A model generated the notes under the pieces. That model saw nothing but the letters and a program-made list of their open reading frames with translations. It did not search any database and was not told where the DNA came from. A stretch of 63,475 nt of DNA, the filler included. It is 19 parts of 19 records of this genome, joined end to end, with 100 filler letters (N's around TTAATTAATTAA, not from the genome) between each part and the next. Parts side by side here need not be neighbours in the genome. Positions count along the whole stretch, not along the records: positions 8,365 to 14,735 come from SRR16133337_3818; positions 14,836 to 17,611 come from SRR16133337_3853; positions 17,712 to 19,762 come from SRR16133337_4214; positions 19,863 to 22,430 come from SRR16133337_4252; positions 22,531 to 25,087 come from SRR16133337_4719; 14 more parts are not named here. One strand, given 5' to 3'. This document shows, in pieces, positions 12,065 to 24,289 of this stretch; position 1 is the first letter of the stretch; each line of letters starts with the position of its first letter. A program made the position numbers and the translations under genes.

Positions 12065-12097
12065 TATACTCCACCCAGTTAGAAACCTAGCAGGTTT
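12065..12097 (+). repeat. Truncated TATACTCC repeat fused to a REP-like half-site
   Basis: TATACTCCACCCAGTTAGAAACC runs directly into (AAACC)TAGCAGGTTT. Confidence 0.75.
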
Positions 12098-12236
12098 AAT
12101 CGTAGAATTTAGCCGCTCTATATAAAGCCAAAAGAGAACAAGAAGACCGCAAAACAAATGAGTCGAAAGTCTGAAGGTCAAAGGTCGAAGTGAGAAGATC
12201 GTAAAGAAAAGACTTCAAGACCAATAAAACTGTAAA

Positions 12237-13547
12237 ATGGAGTACCTACCCAATATAATTTTTACCCTATTACTTATAGCAAGTCTTCTTTTTTTTGTCA
12301 AAAACATACAAAAGTTAAAACGAAATATCAACTTAGGAAAAGCTGTTGAAAGAACAGACCATTCCAAGCAACGATGGGCAAATATGATACGCATTGCTTT
12401 GGGACAATCTAAAATGGTACGTCGTCCTATAGCCGGAATTTTACATATAGTAGTCTATCTAGGTTTTATCATTATCAATATTGAAATTGTTGAAATTATT
12501 TTAGATGGAATTTTTGGTACACATCGATTGTTTTCATCTGTAGGAATGGTATACACTTTTTTAATTGGAGCTTTCGAAATTTTAGCCCTTTTAGTTTTGA
12601 TGGCGGCACTTGTATTTTGGACCCGAAGAAACCTGCTTAAGATCCAACGTTTTTGGAATAAAGAAATGACTTCTTGGCCTAAAAATGATGGAAATATTAT
12701 CTTGTACTTTGAAATGGTGTTGATGTCTTTATTTTTGATCATGAATGCTACAGACATTCCCTATCAAGAAATGAATTCGGGAAATCCAATTAGTCAATTT
12801 ATCAATCCTTTGTTTGCCTCCTTCTCTAAAACTACAATTTATACAATTGAACGTTCTGCTTGGTGGTTGCACATTAGTGGAATTCTTATTTTTTTAAACT
12901 ACCTCTATTATTCAAAACATTTACATATTCTACTCGCTTTTCCGAACACGTTTTATGCAAATTTAGATCCCAAAGGGAAGTTTGTCAATAACAAAGTTGT
13001 TACCAAAGAAGTGCAAATGATGAAGGATCCAAACGCAGATCTTTACGCTACACCAGAAGAAATAGAAGAAAAACCTGAAAAATTGGGGGCTAGTGAAGTA
13101 ACCGATTTAAATTGGGTACAGTTGATGAATGCCTATACCTGTACTGAATGTGGACGTTGTACCTCTGTATGTCCTGCAAATCAAACGGGAAAAGAACTAT
13201 CGCCCAGAGCAATTATGATGAAAACTCGTGATCGATTAGAAGAAGTAGGAAAAAATAGAGACAAAAATAAAGGAGAATTCAAAGACGATGGAAAACAATT
13301 GTTAAACGATTATATTTCGCCAGAAGAATTATGGGCTTGTACAAGTTGTCATGCCTGTGTAGAAGAATGCCCCGTAAATATAGATCCCTTGTCAATTATC
13401 ATGGAGATGCGTCAATATTTAGTCATGGAAAAGTCTGAGGCTCCACAAGAATTGAATAGGATGATGACCTATATCGAAAACAACGGAGCTCCTTGGCAAT
13501 ACAATCAAGGGGATCGATTGAACTGGAAAGACGAAAACGAATTATAA
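12237..13547 (+). CDS. Membrane-bound 4Fe-4S dicluster oxidoreductase (FadF/HdrC-like)
   Basis: Several TM helices, YSKHLH, CTECGRCTSVCP and CTSCHACVEECP. Confidence 0.88.
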   Translation: MEYLPNIIFTLLLIASLLFFVKNIQKLKRNINLGKAVERTDHSKQRWANMIRIALGQSKMVRRPIAGILHIVVYLGFIIINIEIVEIILDGIFGTHRLFSSVGMVYTFLIGAFEILALLVLMAALVFWTRRNLLKIQRFWNKEMTSWPKNDGNIILYFEMVLMSLFLIMNATDIPYQEMNSGNPISQFINPLFASFSKTTIYTIERSAWWLHISGILIFLNYLYYSKHLHILLAFPNTFYANLDPKGKFVNNKVVTKEVQMMKDPNADLYATPEEIEEKPEKLGASEVTDLNWVQLMNAYTCTECGRCTSVCPANQTGKELSPRAIMMKTRDRLEEVGKNRDKNKGEFKDDGKQLLNDYISPEELWACTSCHACVEECPVNIDPLSIIMEMRQYLVMEKSEAPQELNRMMTYIENNGAPWQYNQGDRLNWKDENEL

Positions 13548-13561
13548 AATCATTCTACATC

Positions 13562-14344
13562 ATGATGTACGTACCTACAATGGCAGAAATGAAGGCTCAA
13601 GGAAAACAACCAGAAGTATTGTTTTGGGTGGGTTGTGCAGGAAGTTTTGATGACAGAGCTAAAAAAATAACCAAAGCATTTGTTAAAATTTTAAACAAGG
13701 CAAATGTTGATTTTGCAGTTCTTGGAACGGAAGAAAGTTGTACAGGTGATCCTGCAAAACGTTCTGGTAATGAGTTTTTATTTCAAATGCAGGCAATGAC
13801 CAATATTGAAGTCTTAAACGCTTATGACGTAAAAAAAATTGTGACAGCTTGCCCACATTGTTTCAATACCCTTAAAAATGAGTATCCAGAATTGGGAGGT
13901 ACTTATCAAGTAATGCACCATACACAATTTCTAAAAACATTGTTAGAAGAGAAACGGATTGTGATAGAAGGTGGGCAGTACAAAGGAAAAAAAGTTACCT
14001 TCCACGACCCTTGCTATTTAGGAAGGGCTAACAATGTTTATGAAGCACCTAGAGAATTGATTCAAAAATTAGAAGTCGAGTTGGTTGAAATGAAACGCTG
14101 TAAAATAAATGGATTGTGTTGTGGAGCCGGAGGAGCTCAACTATTTAAAGATGCTGAAAAAGGAAGCAAAGAAATCAATATTTTAAGAACAGAAGATGCT
14201 TTGGAAACCCAACCAGAAATCATTGCCACAGGATGTCCTTTTTGTCATACGATGATGACAGATGGAGTTAAAAATAAAGAAAAAGAGACCTCTATACAAG
14301 TAATAGACATTGTTGAAATGATTGCGAATGCACAAGATTTATAA
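13562..14344 (+). CDS. CCG-domain Fe-S protein (HdrB/D-like partner subunit)
   Basis: FWVGCAGSFD, ESCTGD, TACPHC, HDPCYLGR, CCGAGG, GCPFC. Likely start is ATG 13562 or 13565. Confidence 0.88.
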   Translation: MMYVPTMAEMKAQGKQPEVLFWVGCAGSFDDRAKKITKAFVKILNKANVDFAVLGTEESCTGDPAKRSGNEFLFQMQAMTNIEVLNAYDVKKIVTACPHCFNTLKNEYPELGGTYQVMHHTQFLKTLLEEKRIVIEGGQYKGKKVTFHDPCYLGRANNVYEAPRELIQKLEVELVEMKRCKINGLCCGAGGAQLFKDAEKGSKEINILRTEDALETQPEIIATGCPFCHTMMTDGVKNKEKETSIQVIDIVEMIANAQDL

Positions 14345-14472
14345 TTACTTGGAGGGAGGGAGTTTGAATCTTTGCAATGGATTTGTTACCGATGTTTTTA
14401 TGGCTAAATTTTTTAAAAGTATGAATAATTAGAAGTAACTTCGCTTTTTTAACTTTTCAAGTGATCCTTTTT

Positions 14473-14735
14473 ATGAAAAAAATACTTTTTTGGCTTCTCT
14501 TATTTTGCGTTGAGGCTTATTCTCAATCCTCACCCGTAAATGACAATTTTGCCAATGCGATTTCTTTAGTTTGTGGAGCTACTGTAACAGGAGATACAAC
14601 CCTTGCAACATTAGATGAGGACGATGCACCAAACGGTGGTTTGTTGACAACTTTAAGTGCTCCAAATGTATGGTATTCTTATACAGGAGAAGGTATTCCG
14701 AAAGTAATCACTATAGACCTTTGTGGTTCTGATTA
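14473..14735 (+). CDS. Secreted protein, probable T9SS cargo, 3'-truncated
   Basis: Signal peptide MKKILFWLLLFCVEAYSQ, then NDNFANAISLVCG..GDT..AT..NVWYSY, a repeat typical of Bacteroidota surface proteins. The CTD is not in the window. Confidence 0.6.
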
Positions 14736-16860
14736 NNNNNNNNNNNNNNNNNNNNNNNNNNNNNNNNNNNNNNNNNNNNTTAATTAATTAANNNNNNNNN
14801 NNNNNNNNNNNNNNNNNNNNNNNNNNNNNNNNNNNCAAAAGAAAAAAGAACTCGCCATTGCCGTTGCTTTTTCTTCGACCTTTTTCATACACGACAAGTG
14901 GAATAACATTATATGTGTGCTCAAATAATAGACACTTCTTAAATACAAGCACAACTTGGTGTAAGTGAGAGTCATGGTATGAATTCATAATTCGCGAAGG
15001 CAATTTGGCAACGACAGACAAGAACTTTTATGATGTACCTGTGCTAAATCGTTAAACTCTCACAATTTGCACCACACCCCACACATACACCACACCCTCT
15101 CGCGCTCCCACCAACGACACGACCTGCAATGCTGAAAGCGTTTTTTTTGTTTAAATGGATTATATTAATAGTTGAATACAGTTATTGACTTTTTAGAAGA
15201 ACACTTGGGATATGTGCATAGGGAATGGAAAGTATGTGATTTCGTGAACACAAAATACAACACTTTGAAATGAAAGTTTCTCAAAATCGTGAAACGGAAC
15301 ATTCTTTCTAAAGTATTTCAGGAAGCTTACTCTAGGATGTGTACCTCACTAACCAGTGAAAGGTACCAACCAACCTTTGCAAAGATTCATGTTTAAAACA
15401 CGTTCGTAATACATACTTGACAACTTGTAATGTGAAAAAATTACAGTAAGTTATTGTTTGAGTAGGTCTAGTGTTTGTGGTCAATTAATACATTATTAAA
15501 TGTATTCGAGGCATGCTAAAAAATCATGACAGAAAGGGCATGTAAAAAAAAACACCCCCGCCACTTTTGTCCACAGACTAAGTTGAATTAACGTGTCTTC
15601 GAAAAATAAAATCTAGAAATTCTCCACTCACATATAATACACTGGCAATTTTGTCAGGGAGAGATGTCCCCACTCCACGCCCCTTGGCCTTTTTTCATGG
15701 ATATTGGTCCGAAAGGATAATATCAGATTTATCGTACCTGTAAGCAATAATCCAAGCTATGGATGGTGCTACCATTGCTTGCTGTTTTTTTATACCGCCT
15801 GTTGTCATAAAAGTTTCGCGTGCAGACATGAATGACTCAATATTACCCTCTCGTGCAAGATCCACATATCCTGGTGTTGCAAAATCATCACTAACGTTTT
15901 GTGTTTGACCCTGTTGTGCGCCTTCTACATTATTTGCATCGTTGCTTCCAGGACGAGCCGTCCGATCTCGCGGACTACTATTTTCTAAATCCTCCTCTTC
16001 AATGCCGAAAAGATCTTCGCAATTTTGCCTCGACTCCAAAGGGCTGGTGTACGCCGCTACAAAATAAAAACATGTCAATTCATTATACAGTCCACTCTTA
16101 ATCTGCAAAATCAACACATTTTGGAAGTCCAGGAAATTTACGGGCCCTGCCCCCAACTCACCACTCCAATTTCATTTCTCGATTTTGAAAAAGCGTTTTA
16201 TAGTAAACAAAGGACTAGTAATTCAGCTTTGTATATATTTCGACTGTTTTTGATAGGGGCAAACAATTTACAAAAAACTAGAGTTTAAAAGGCGATACAA
16301 GATTTACCAGCTTAAAATGTAGAAAGCTGTCATTCTTTTTAAAATTGCTCTATTCGAAACCCCATTCAAGACATATCAGAAAACGCCACAATTGGAGAAT
16401 ATTTCTTTTCATACAATTTCTCAATTGAAATATGGCACCTTTCTGGCAAAAAATTTTCCAAGAAATTGTGAAATTAATTATTCCTTATGAAAATCACATG
16501 CGATTATTCATTGCAGGAATCCATCAATTTTGCGTATTATCCATAGTGTGTAAATATCAAATACTGTAATGCAATCAACATCGTTTTTTAAAAATGTTTC
16601 AGATATTTCTGCACTCTTCCGTCAACATTCCGTCAACAAAACACTTTTGACAGAACAAATTTGACTCACAGGAATTTTGTTATTTGGGTCATTATTTCGA
16701 TTTTAGCAAATTTTGAGGGGGAAATGAATGAGCTTCACACTTCCAATGTGTTTCCAAGTTTGTTTAAAAGCTTGTTTTTCTTACTTCGAGCATGTTCCTT
16801 TAAATATGTTTGCGCAATAATAATGGTGAACAAGCAAAAAACTTATAAAATAGAAAGTTT

Positions 16861-17334
16861 TCAAAATTCTTGGACAGACGTCCTCTGCCCTAATGTAAAA
16901 TGGCGTGTAAAAAGAATTAAGAGCCAGCAGATTACGGTACTCCACTCACTCTCTGTCAAAAATGTGTGTATGGGCACAAGAATGTCTGCAGGTAGTTTTG
17001 CAAAGTAGAAAACAAAAGGAAACAATTCAAAGAAAAGTCCGCGCAAATCTTTTTGACAAAGAAGTACCATACTAATCAACATCACTTATTTGCTTGAAAT
17101 TACACAAAATCCCAACAATAGCACGAATAAAAAATGTTAGCCAAACATGTATGATGTATGTTCACCAGACCCCCCCAAACACGCACACCCAAATATCTAT
17201 ACCAAGAAGTTGAAGAGCTTTGAGTTGTGTAGTGAATGCCTCAAATGCATCAAGAGTGATGTACACAACAACCATCATTGCTGGCAAAGATAAAATGATG
17301 TACAGACATGCGACAATTTTCTCCTCGGGAGTAT
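16861..17334 (-). CDS. Possible exons of a eukaryotic multi-pass membrane protein
   Basis: Hydrophobic stretches (IVACLYIILSLPAMMVVVYITL; LFFELFPFVFYF; VICWLLILF) with nearby AG/GT sites. Splicing not firmly resolved. Confidence 0.25.
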
Positions 17335-18701
17335 CTAAACGCACACATAGACATGCACACTCACAAGCAGGAAGTTGTTTGAACCTGTTAACACATAGTG
17401 GAATGAATTTGATTTTGTGACGATACAGAAACGCACTAAAGCAAAAGTTTCCTTGAAATGTCCAATTCACAACAATACTATGCTACAACAAAACCATATC
17501 ACATAAGCCCCGACCGTAAAAATTTACTGTAAAATTGTAGGTAAAAGTTTAGAATTTTACTGTAAAACTTAACTTTTAAAATATTTTTCTACTTGGGAGT
17601 AAAAGTTTACANNNNNNNNNNNNNNNNNNNNNNNNNNNNNNNNNNNNNNNNNNNNTTAATTAATTAANNNNNNNNNNNNNNNNNNNNNNNNNNNNNNNNN
17701 NNNNNNNNNNNAACATAAAGCACACGTGTACGTATTTTTTTTGAAAAACACTAATGTTTTTAAAGAATGCAACATTACAAATGCTAATAATTTTCAGAAG
17801 ACAAATTCAACAAAACAAGTCGAAGCATAAGTTAAAAAGCATAACGGTATATCTATCTTTTGCAACTAAATAATTTTAAGGCGTATAATTCAGCGGGAAT
17901 CAATTAAATTTTTTGAGAATATTTAGCATCGTACATTACGTCGTTTGGAATGGCAGTCAATAAAATTACAATATCAAAGTTATAAATATTTAGTCGGAGC
18001 AAATTGTTGGTTTGTGAGTTTGTAGAGTCTGAAACGGCAAGGAATGTGACAAAACAACTTCCTGGCTTTCTGTGGTAAAATTTTGAAATTCTGACACGGA
18101 TCGAGTCATGTGCTATAGCAACTTCAAAAATCAGTTGGATCAAGACATTTCACGTTTTGCATGGTCCACTTGCGGGACGTTTTAGATATGTATTGCGCGT
18201 GACCCGCTTGTTGTGAGAATTTCGAATAATCAATCACTACAGAGGGCCACAACATGTATTTTTATATTGTATATCGCTTTAGTCGTTATAGATTTACTTT
18301 TTTCAGAGAAGGAAGACAAACTCCGAGAATCGCCTGAAAAAAAATTTTTTTTCTTCTAAATTACACATATAACGCACACACAAGAAGCGTTGCTGATATC
18401 CATAACTACATTGACCCAACTTCTTTTTTGTTTTGCCGATTTATTCCAGTTGTAACGCAAATTCAAAGTGAACAACAAGATAACACAATATAAACATGGA
18501 AACTTTCGTCATGCCTGTTTCATCTGTCATGATCGAATATTAACCAATTAAATTATACATTTTAAGACAACTTTGACCACAAATGTACAAAATTGTGTGT
18601 TTTTCGTTTTTTCGTTTTTTCTTCAAAAATTAACTCCACAAGTTGAAATTCTGTCTTCGGGTATCTACATTTTCGCATTGAAACGGAATTGTCATGTTTA
18701 G

Positions 18702-19452
18702 CACATCAGCCAACAAACGTGCCAACTGCACTACCAAGTCCTGTCAATACTCCATTACCGACCAACTTTCCGAGTAAAACACCAACGTCTGTGCCGACTC
18801 ATCAGCCAACACCTCAATCAACTCCTTTACCCACATTTTATCCAATACCCATCAATTCTATTTCTCCAACTCCAATCTCAACAATAAATCCGATTCCTAC
18901 GGTTACTCTCAATCCAACACCGTTATTAACTGTAATACCGACACCAGGTGAGCTGTAAATAAAAATAAAATTGCGCAGTAGATGAGTACTTAATTCTGTC
19001 ATAGATCGTGTAGCATCCAGAAATCTGTGACATAAAGCGTATACATGTAGTTTGACAATTTCAACTACGTAATGTATGGATTTTGGAACCCACAATCTAC
19101 TGTAGTTTTCAGTTCAAAAATATCTTGCTGCTAAACTATGTAAAATTAATAGTTACGAACATTTGATTTTGCAGTATTTGTTGAATTTTGAACTTTTACA
19201 AGCTTTGTAAAATATTGGAAAACAATCGTTTTCTAATTTTATGCTACAATATTGTTTTAGTCTCATCATTGCAGCCAACAATTCTACCAACAGGCATACC
19301 ATCATCTTTTCCGTCACCCATGGCAACACCGCATCCAACAAATGCGCCAACGCGTCTCCCATCTCCAATACCCACTCGCGAGCCTACTAACCTACCAACA
19401 GCTTTACCTACTCCACAGCTTACGAATGCTCCCACACTTTTGCCAACATCAG
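18702..19452 (+). CDS. Two exons (18702-18947, 19261-19452) of a PT-repeat (PTxxPT) mucin-like protein
   Basis: HQPTNVPTALPSPVNTPLPTNFPSKTPT... and QPTILPTGIPSSFPSPMATPHPTNAPT.... Both exons have TAG acceptors and GTGAG/GTATG donors, and both are phase 1-1. Confidence 0.7.
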
Positions 19453-20020
19453 GTATGATATTTTTCTTGATTTATGTCATTTATAAATTGCTTTCACGAA
19501 CATTTTGTCGTTACGCCGGTTGGATTTAATGGGGAGTAAATTTTAAAAAAAGTCGACGTGTAAAACTTTTGAAGTATTTCAATCAAGAAAGGACATTTTT
19601 TGTGTATGCTTTGACAGAACAAAATACTGCATGTAATGTGGGTAATTAATTTGGAATTGTTCTAGTTTTGCTTTTTATAATTTCCATTTTCGCATGTTGA
19701 CATAATCTTCAAAGCAAACGCTTTTTCAAACAATAATTGCGGTAAGGTTTTAGTAGAGAAAANNNNNNNNNNNNNNNNNNNNNNNNNNNNNNNNNNNNNN
19801 NNNNNNTTAATTAATTAANNNNNNNNNNNNNNNNNNNNNNNNNNNNNNNNNNNNNNNNNNNNTTTGAACGAAAAAGTGAAAAATCAATCCCGAGTTTTTT
19901 TTTCGTTTTTGGAGAAATCACGCCGGGGAGTAAATTTGCTCAATGACTGGAAGAGCGCAATTAATTTCTGTCTTTGACTCCTTGATTTTCACCCCTTGAC
20001 ATGTTTTTACTCCGCATTAG

Positions 20021-21533
20021 ATGTCGTGTTCACTGTCACCACCCGACGACATTGCCGCGTTGTATTCGCGAGTTTTGCGAATTTCTGTGAACGGTGAATT
20101 GAGAGAGATTCACAACCCTGATCCTTCAACTCTGCTAATCGATTACTTGAGAGGTGGTATCCTTTTTCTAATGTTATGTTTCGTTTAGGATGCTTTTGGG
20201 TGTAAAATTTACTTGTATTAGATGGCGTCATATCTTTTCTCAAGAAGGTTTCTTTTTTTTAATATCAATAGCCTTTTTATGGGTTTTGAGTGTGTGTAAA
20301 CCTACAGTACAAATTTGGATGTAAAATGTTTTTAGATTTGTAGATATTGAATTTCTTTCACAAGATTTTTTGTCTCAGGGGAATGCTTGATTTCTTGTGT
20401 CACAAAAACGGATGAAAGTCATAGGTTATCCAAAAGATCTTTGCCTGGTGGCAAAAATTTCAGATGGAATATTACTTTTTTCCGGCAAATTAATGCGAGT
20501 TTATAGTTTATGCATGAACTAGCACTGATAGACTTTCTGGCTGGTTTTTTTTTTAATTTGCTCAACTCAACCAAGATCGCGAGAGTGACATGCGGAGTAG
20601 GGGGGAGTGGGTGGACGGTGCAAATAGGAATTAACTTGCTTGTACTGTGGTAGAGCCAAATTTTTTTCTAGTCCAACTAGTATTCGTGTAAAAGAAAATG
20701 TGCGTGTATGTGTGAATGTATGTTGTGTATTTCCTTGACTCTTATTTAATTTCAGATAGTCTCACCGGCGTAAAAAACTCATGCGGAGAAGGTGTCTGTG
20801 GTGCATGTACTGTTGTTATATCGAAAGTTGGGGATGGAAAGCCAGTGTATCTTTTTTTCTTACAATGTTTTGTGACCGTGGGCTATGTTTTTTGTTTTAC
20901 ATTTGCTTTTTGGGATTTAAAACTCGAGCTCCCGACTTGTTTTTAATCCTGGAAAGAATCAATCGTAAATTGTTTTTTAATAATTATTTTCTATGAACAT
21001 CAACACGTCACCGACTTAATTTTGTTCGCTCTGTACTTATGGGTTTTTTGCATTTAGAAAATGCGAAGTATCTCTTGGAAAGCTTTTAAATGACCAAAAA
21101 ATTGTTTGGTTATTTTGTCTTGTTCACGCACAGTTTGCGCATAAGAATGGAAGTGAACATATACTATACGAAATATTGATGCTCACAATAATAAGCGGTG
21201 AGTTTTTTAAAAAACGAGTCAGCAAAAACAAAATTTTAATCCAATGTGCATTCATTCTGGTAAAGAGGATTTGGAAATATAAAGAAGTTCAAGGAAATTT
21301 GTCAGTTTTTTAATTTTTGTTTTTAAAATTTTGCTTTGTTTGTTGTTTGTTGTTTTTGTTTATTTTTTGTCATTCTTGTTTTTATTTTCCTTAAACTGAT
21401 TTTTATTTCTCTTACAAAGTCATTTTTCAGCGAATTCTTGTTTGCGTCTGTTATCCTCACTTGATGGTATGCAAGTTACAACTACAGAAGGAATGGGGTG
21501 CCAGAGAAGCGGATTTCATCCAATTCAAACAAA
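20021..21533 (+). CDS. Xanthine dehydrogenase/aldehyde oxidase N-terminal 2Fe-2S domain, 3 exons (20021-20153 or 20156, 20756-20846, 21420-21533), partial
   Basis: Spliced product ...ISVNGELREIHNPDPSTLLIDYLR|DSLTGVKNSCGEGVCGACTVVISKVGDGKPV|HFSANSCLRLLSSLDGMQVTTTEGMG..FHPIQ. All GT-AG junctions are phase-compatible. Confidence 0.88.
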
Positions 21534-22532
21534 GTAAGTTTCGCGTTACGCACTGTGGTTTACACCTGTTGTGTGCCAAATTTCCACCTGAATATCACGA
21601 TTGAGTTTGGTGGCTCCAAATTATCGAGTTGCGACTCGACAAATTACAGCATTGCAGTTTTCAAGATTGCAACACGGCCCTGAGCTTATCTCAGGATCTG
21701 AAATGTGATAAAAAAAGTTAGCAAAAGTTGGGTTTAGTTAATGCAGTTCCAGTGCCAAACAAAACTAACAACCTTTTGGGGAAACTTCTCTTCGTTTTGA
21801 CGAGGTCGGCCACAAAATATTAACCTTGCCCATAAGAACATACCGTAAGATTTGTTTTCCTCCCCCACACCGCATTAACTCGGCTCGTAGTAAATCTGTT
21901 GTTCTGCTCACACTTGTGTTTTTTGCCGGCATTTCAGTGGCTATTATGATATAGTCAAAACAACTATTTAAAAAGTATGTTGGCGAAGAACATATTTAAT
22001 TGACAACGTCCAAATACAGAAAGCAAGCAATGCCCTAAACCCCCACTTTTTTCTCGGATCTGATAATGCGAGTCACTGTAAAAATACACGAATGAAAACT
22101 TTTATTTTTTGTTACGTTAGACACAAATGTTTATGAAAAAATTGTAACCTAAGCAGGCCAGAAAAAAGTTGCTGAGTTGCGACAACCTCTTATTGGGCTG
22201 ATTTGTTAAAAATATTATCCATAATAATTTTATTTTTGAATCACGACAATAAGAGCGATTTTACCACTAAGTTGCTTCCGATGAACAGGACATTTACATT
22301 TAAACAGTTCTTAGCACTATGATAAAACAATTGTAACAATAATGTCATCAAATTGTTTGTTAGAAGATAGAAGCACAATTCATTATACATTAATGTTTGC
22401 TTATTTCTTAGAATTGCTGAAAGAGGCACTNNNNNNNNNNNNNNNNNNNNNNNNNNNNNNNNNNNNNNNNNNNNTTAATTAATTAANNNNNNNNNNNNNN
22501 NNNNNNNNNNNNNNNNNNNNNNNNNNNNNNAA

Positions 22533-24218
22533 ATTAGGCAAGAAGAAATTAAAGCAAAAAAACTACTCCTTGATAAGAAAATAAATATTTATAGCAACCA
22601 CAAAAATAATTATAAAAAGGAAATTGAAGTTTTAAGAGTCCTCGATAAAAATTACTATAAAGAGAATACAACTAACTTTATAGGTAATTGGGGTACAGAT
22701 GAGGTACAAGCATACTTTAAACATATTCTTTTGAAACCATATTTAGAAAATCTATTAAATAATAAGAAATTAGGAACAGAAAAATCTAACAATAATGTAA
22801 ATATTGATATTTCAATTTATGGAAAAGAATATTTTATTAATAGAATAGATGAAGCTGAAAAATTAGCAAAACAAACTGTTAAGTTATCATTCAAACAAGA
22901 TATGTTTGATTTAGAACAAAAGAAAATTAATGATGAACATCATAAAGTATTGTTAAGTGAGTATCTAACCAATACTATTAATTCATATCATAAAGTTAGA
23001 AACCTTTATAAAGCATCTAAAGAACAGTTCCATTTTTTAAATAATGAAGCAAATAATAAACTAACCAACGAAGATAGATTAGATTTTATTGCTACTATTT
23101 TAGTGAGTTATTTAGAAACAGAACCTAAAACCAAAGAAGAAATTGAAGCTAAATTAGATGCTGTACTACAAATAAAAGACATTCATAATATAGTTTATGA
23201 AACTTATTTGTTAGAGTTAAAGAATAATGCATCTAAAGAATGGGTTAATAAAATGTCGGAAGAAATAAATAGCAAAAAAGTAAATGAACCAAATTTAACA
23301 GTATTTGAAAGATTAATTAGAGAATTGAATATTGTAGCCTGGGCTTTTGAATGTCAATTTATGGAAGCATCAACAAATTCAGCCACAACTCCAATATTAC
23401 ATTCCAAAGGTAGATATTTAGCAGGTATTTATCATATTAAGTCTAATACTGAAATGATAAAATTACAAGAATACATACAGCGTTATACACATCGTTTTGA
23501 AAATTCAACAAATACAGTTTTAGTAAAAAATGAACTTTTGCAAATACACAAAAAGACAAGTGATATTTTAAAATTTTATGACGAAAACCTTACAAGGAAT
23601 GCAGAAACAGTAAATCAATTTCATATTAATATACCTAATAAGTTTAAAGAAAAAATGAAATACCTTGACAAACATACTGGGTTTATTGTTGTAAAAGATT
23701 TGTACCCTTTACATATTGTTTTTGGAAAGGAAGATTGGAGTAAGAATTTAAAATTTAATTATGCAACTTCTAACAAAGAACTTGCTTTATTTTGCAAAAA
23801 ATTGATTGATTTTATTGATAAGTGTAATATTCAAAATGAAAATAATTTTTCATCTATTCAAACTAAAAAGGATAAACTTACTGAAAACTTAAGTAGTTAT
23901 GGTTTCTTTGAGTTACCTAAAGTAAAGGAGCTATCTGAAAGCAAAATACAAAACCTAATAGAAATACTCTCTGAAAATGATATACCCTACTCTATAGCAA
24001 TGCTTAATCATTTAGGCTTTATAGACTATTTAAGTAAACAATATTTTAAAACCAAAGAAAGTTTACAAAAAGAAATTGCTAAATGGCTTAATTCACAACC
24101 GAGAACTATTAAAGGAAATATGAACGTTTTAAATGAATACTCTAAAGAGAATAAAAATAAATATACATCTCATCTACACAGAAAAAAGGTAGAAGAAGAC
24201 TATCAAAAATTGAAATAG
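22533..24218 (+). CDS. AT-rich hypothetical protein of a Flavobacterial integrative/mobilizable element, 5'-truncated
   Basis: Frame open from the contig start (IRQEEIKAKK...). Helical, K/N/E-rich, directly upstream of an excisionase-like HTH gene. No catalytic motif recognised. Confidence 0.7.
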   Translation: MRQEEIKAKKLLLDKKINIYSNHKNNYKKEIEVLRVLDKNYYKENTTNFIGNWGTDEVQAYFKHILLKPYLENLLNNKKLGTEKSNNNVNIDISIYGKEYFINRIDEAEKLAKQTVKLSFKQDMFDLEQKKINDEHHKVLLSEYLTNTINSYHKVRNLYKASKEQFHFLNNEANNKLTNEDRLDFIATILVSYLETEPKTKEEIEAKLDAVLQIKDIHNIVYETYLLELKNNASKEWVNKMSEEINSKKVNEPNLTVFERLIRELNIVAWAFECQFMEASTNSATTPILHSKGRYLAGIYHIKSNTEMIKLQEYIQRYTHRFENSTNTVLVKNELLQIHKKTSDILKFYDENLTRNAETVNQFHINIPNKFKEKMKYLDKHTGFIVVKDLYPLHIVFGKEDWSKNLKFNYATSNKELALFCKKLIDFIDKCNIQNENNFSSIQTKKDKLTENLSSYGFFELPKVKELSESKIQNLIEILSENDIPYSIAMLNHLGFIDYLSKQYFKTKESLQKEIAKWLNSQPRTIKGNMNVLNEYSKENKNKYTSHLHRKKVEEDYQKLK

Positions 24219-24235
24219 GGAGTACTCCCCTATTT
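24213..24235. promoter_or_regulatory. Near-perfect palindrome over the stop codon (terminator or operator)
   Basis: AAATAGGG-AGTACT-CCCCTATTT followed by a T run, about 55 bp upstream of the HTH gene. Confidence 0.5.
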
Positions 24236-24289
24236 TTTCCCTTAAAAGCCCCACATACTATTGCACTATTAATTTAAAATAGTGTAAAA

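Noticed and set aside
548..14735. Horizontal transfer of a Helitron or eukaryotic genes into a Flavobacterium
   Set aside because: The eukaryotic and bacterial sequences are on separate contigs joined only by linkers.
15640..16156. 153-aa ORF plus purine-rich tract as a retroelement gag or PPT
   Set aside because: No recognisable motif or LTR. It could be an exon or relic, but I cannot support a call.
17512..17611. TTTACTGTAAAA reiterations at a contig end as transposon subterminal repeats
   Set aside because: Short, AT-rich and with no partner end in the window.
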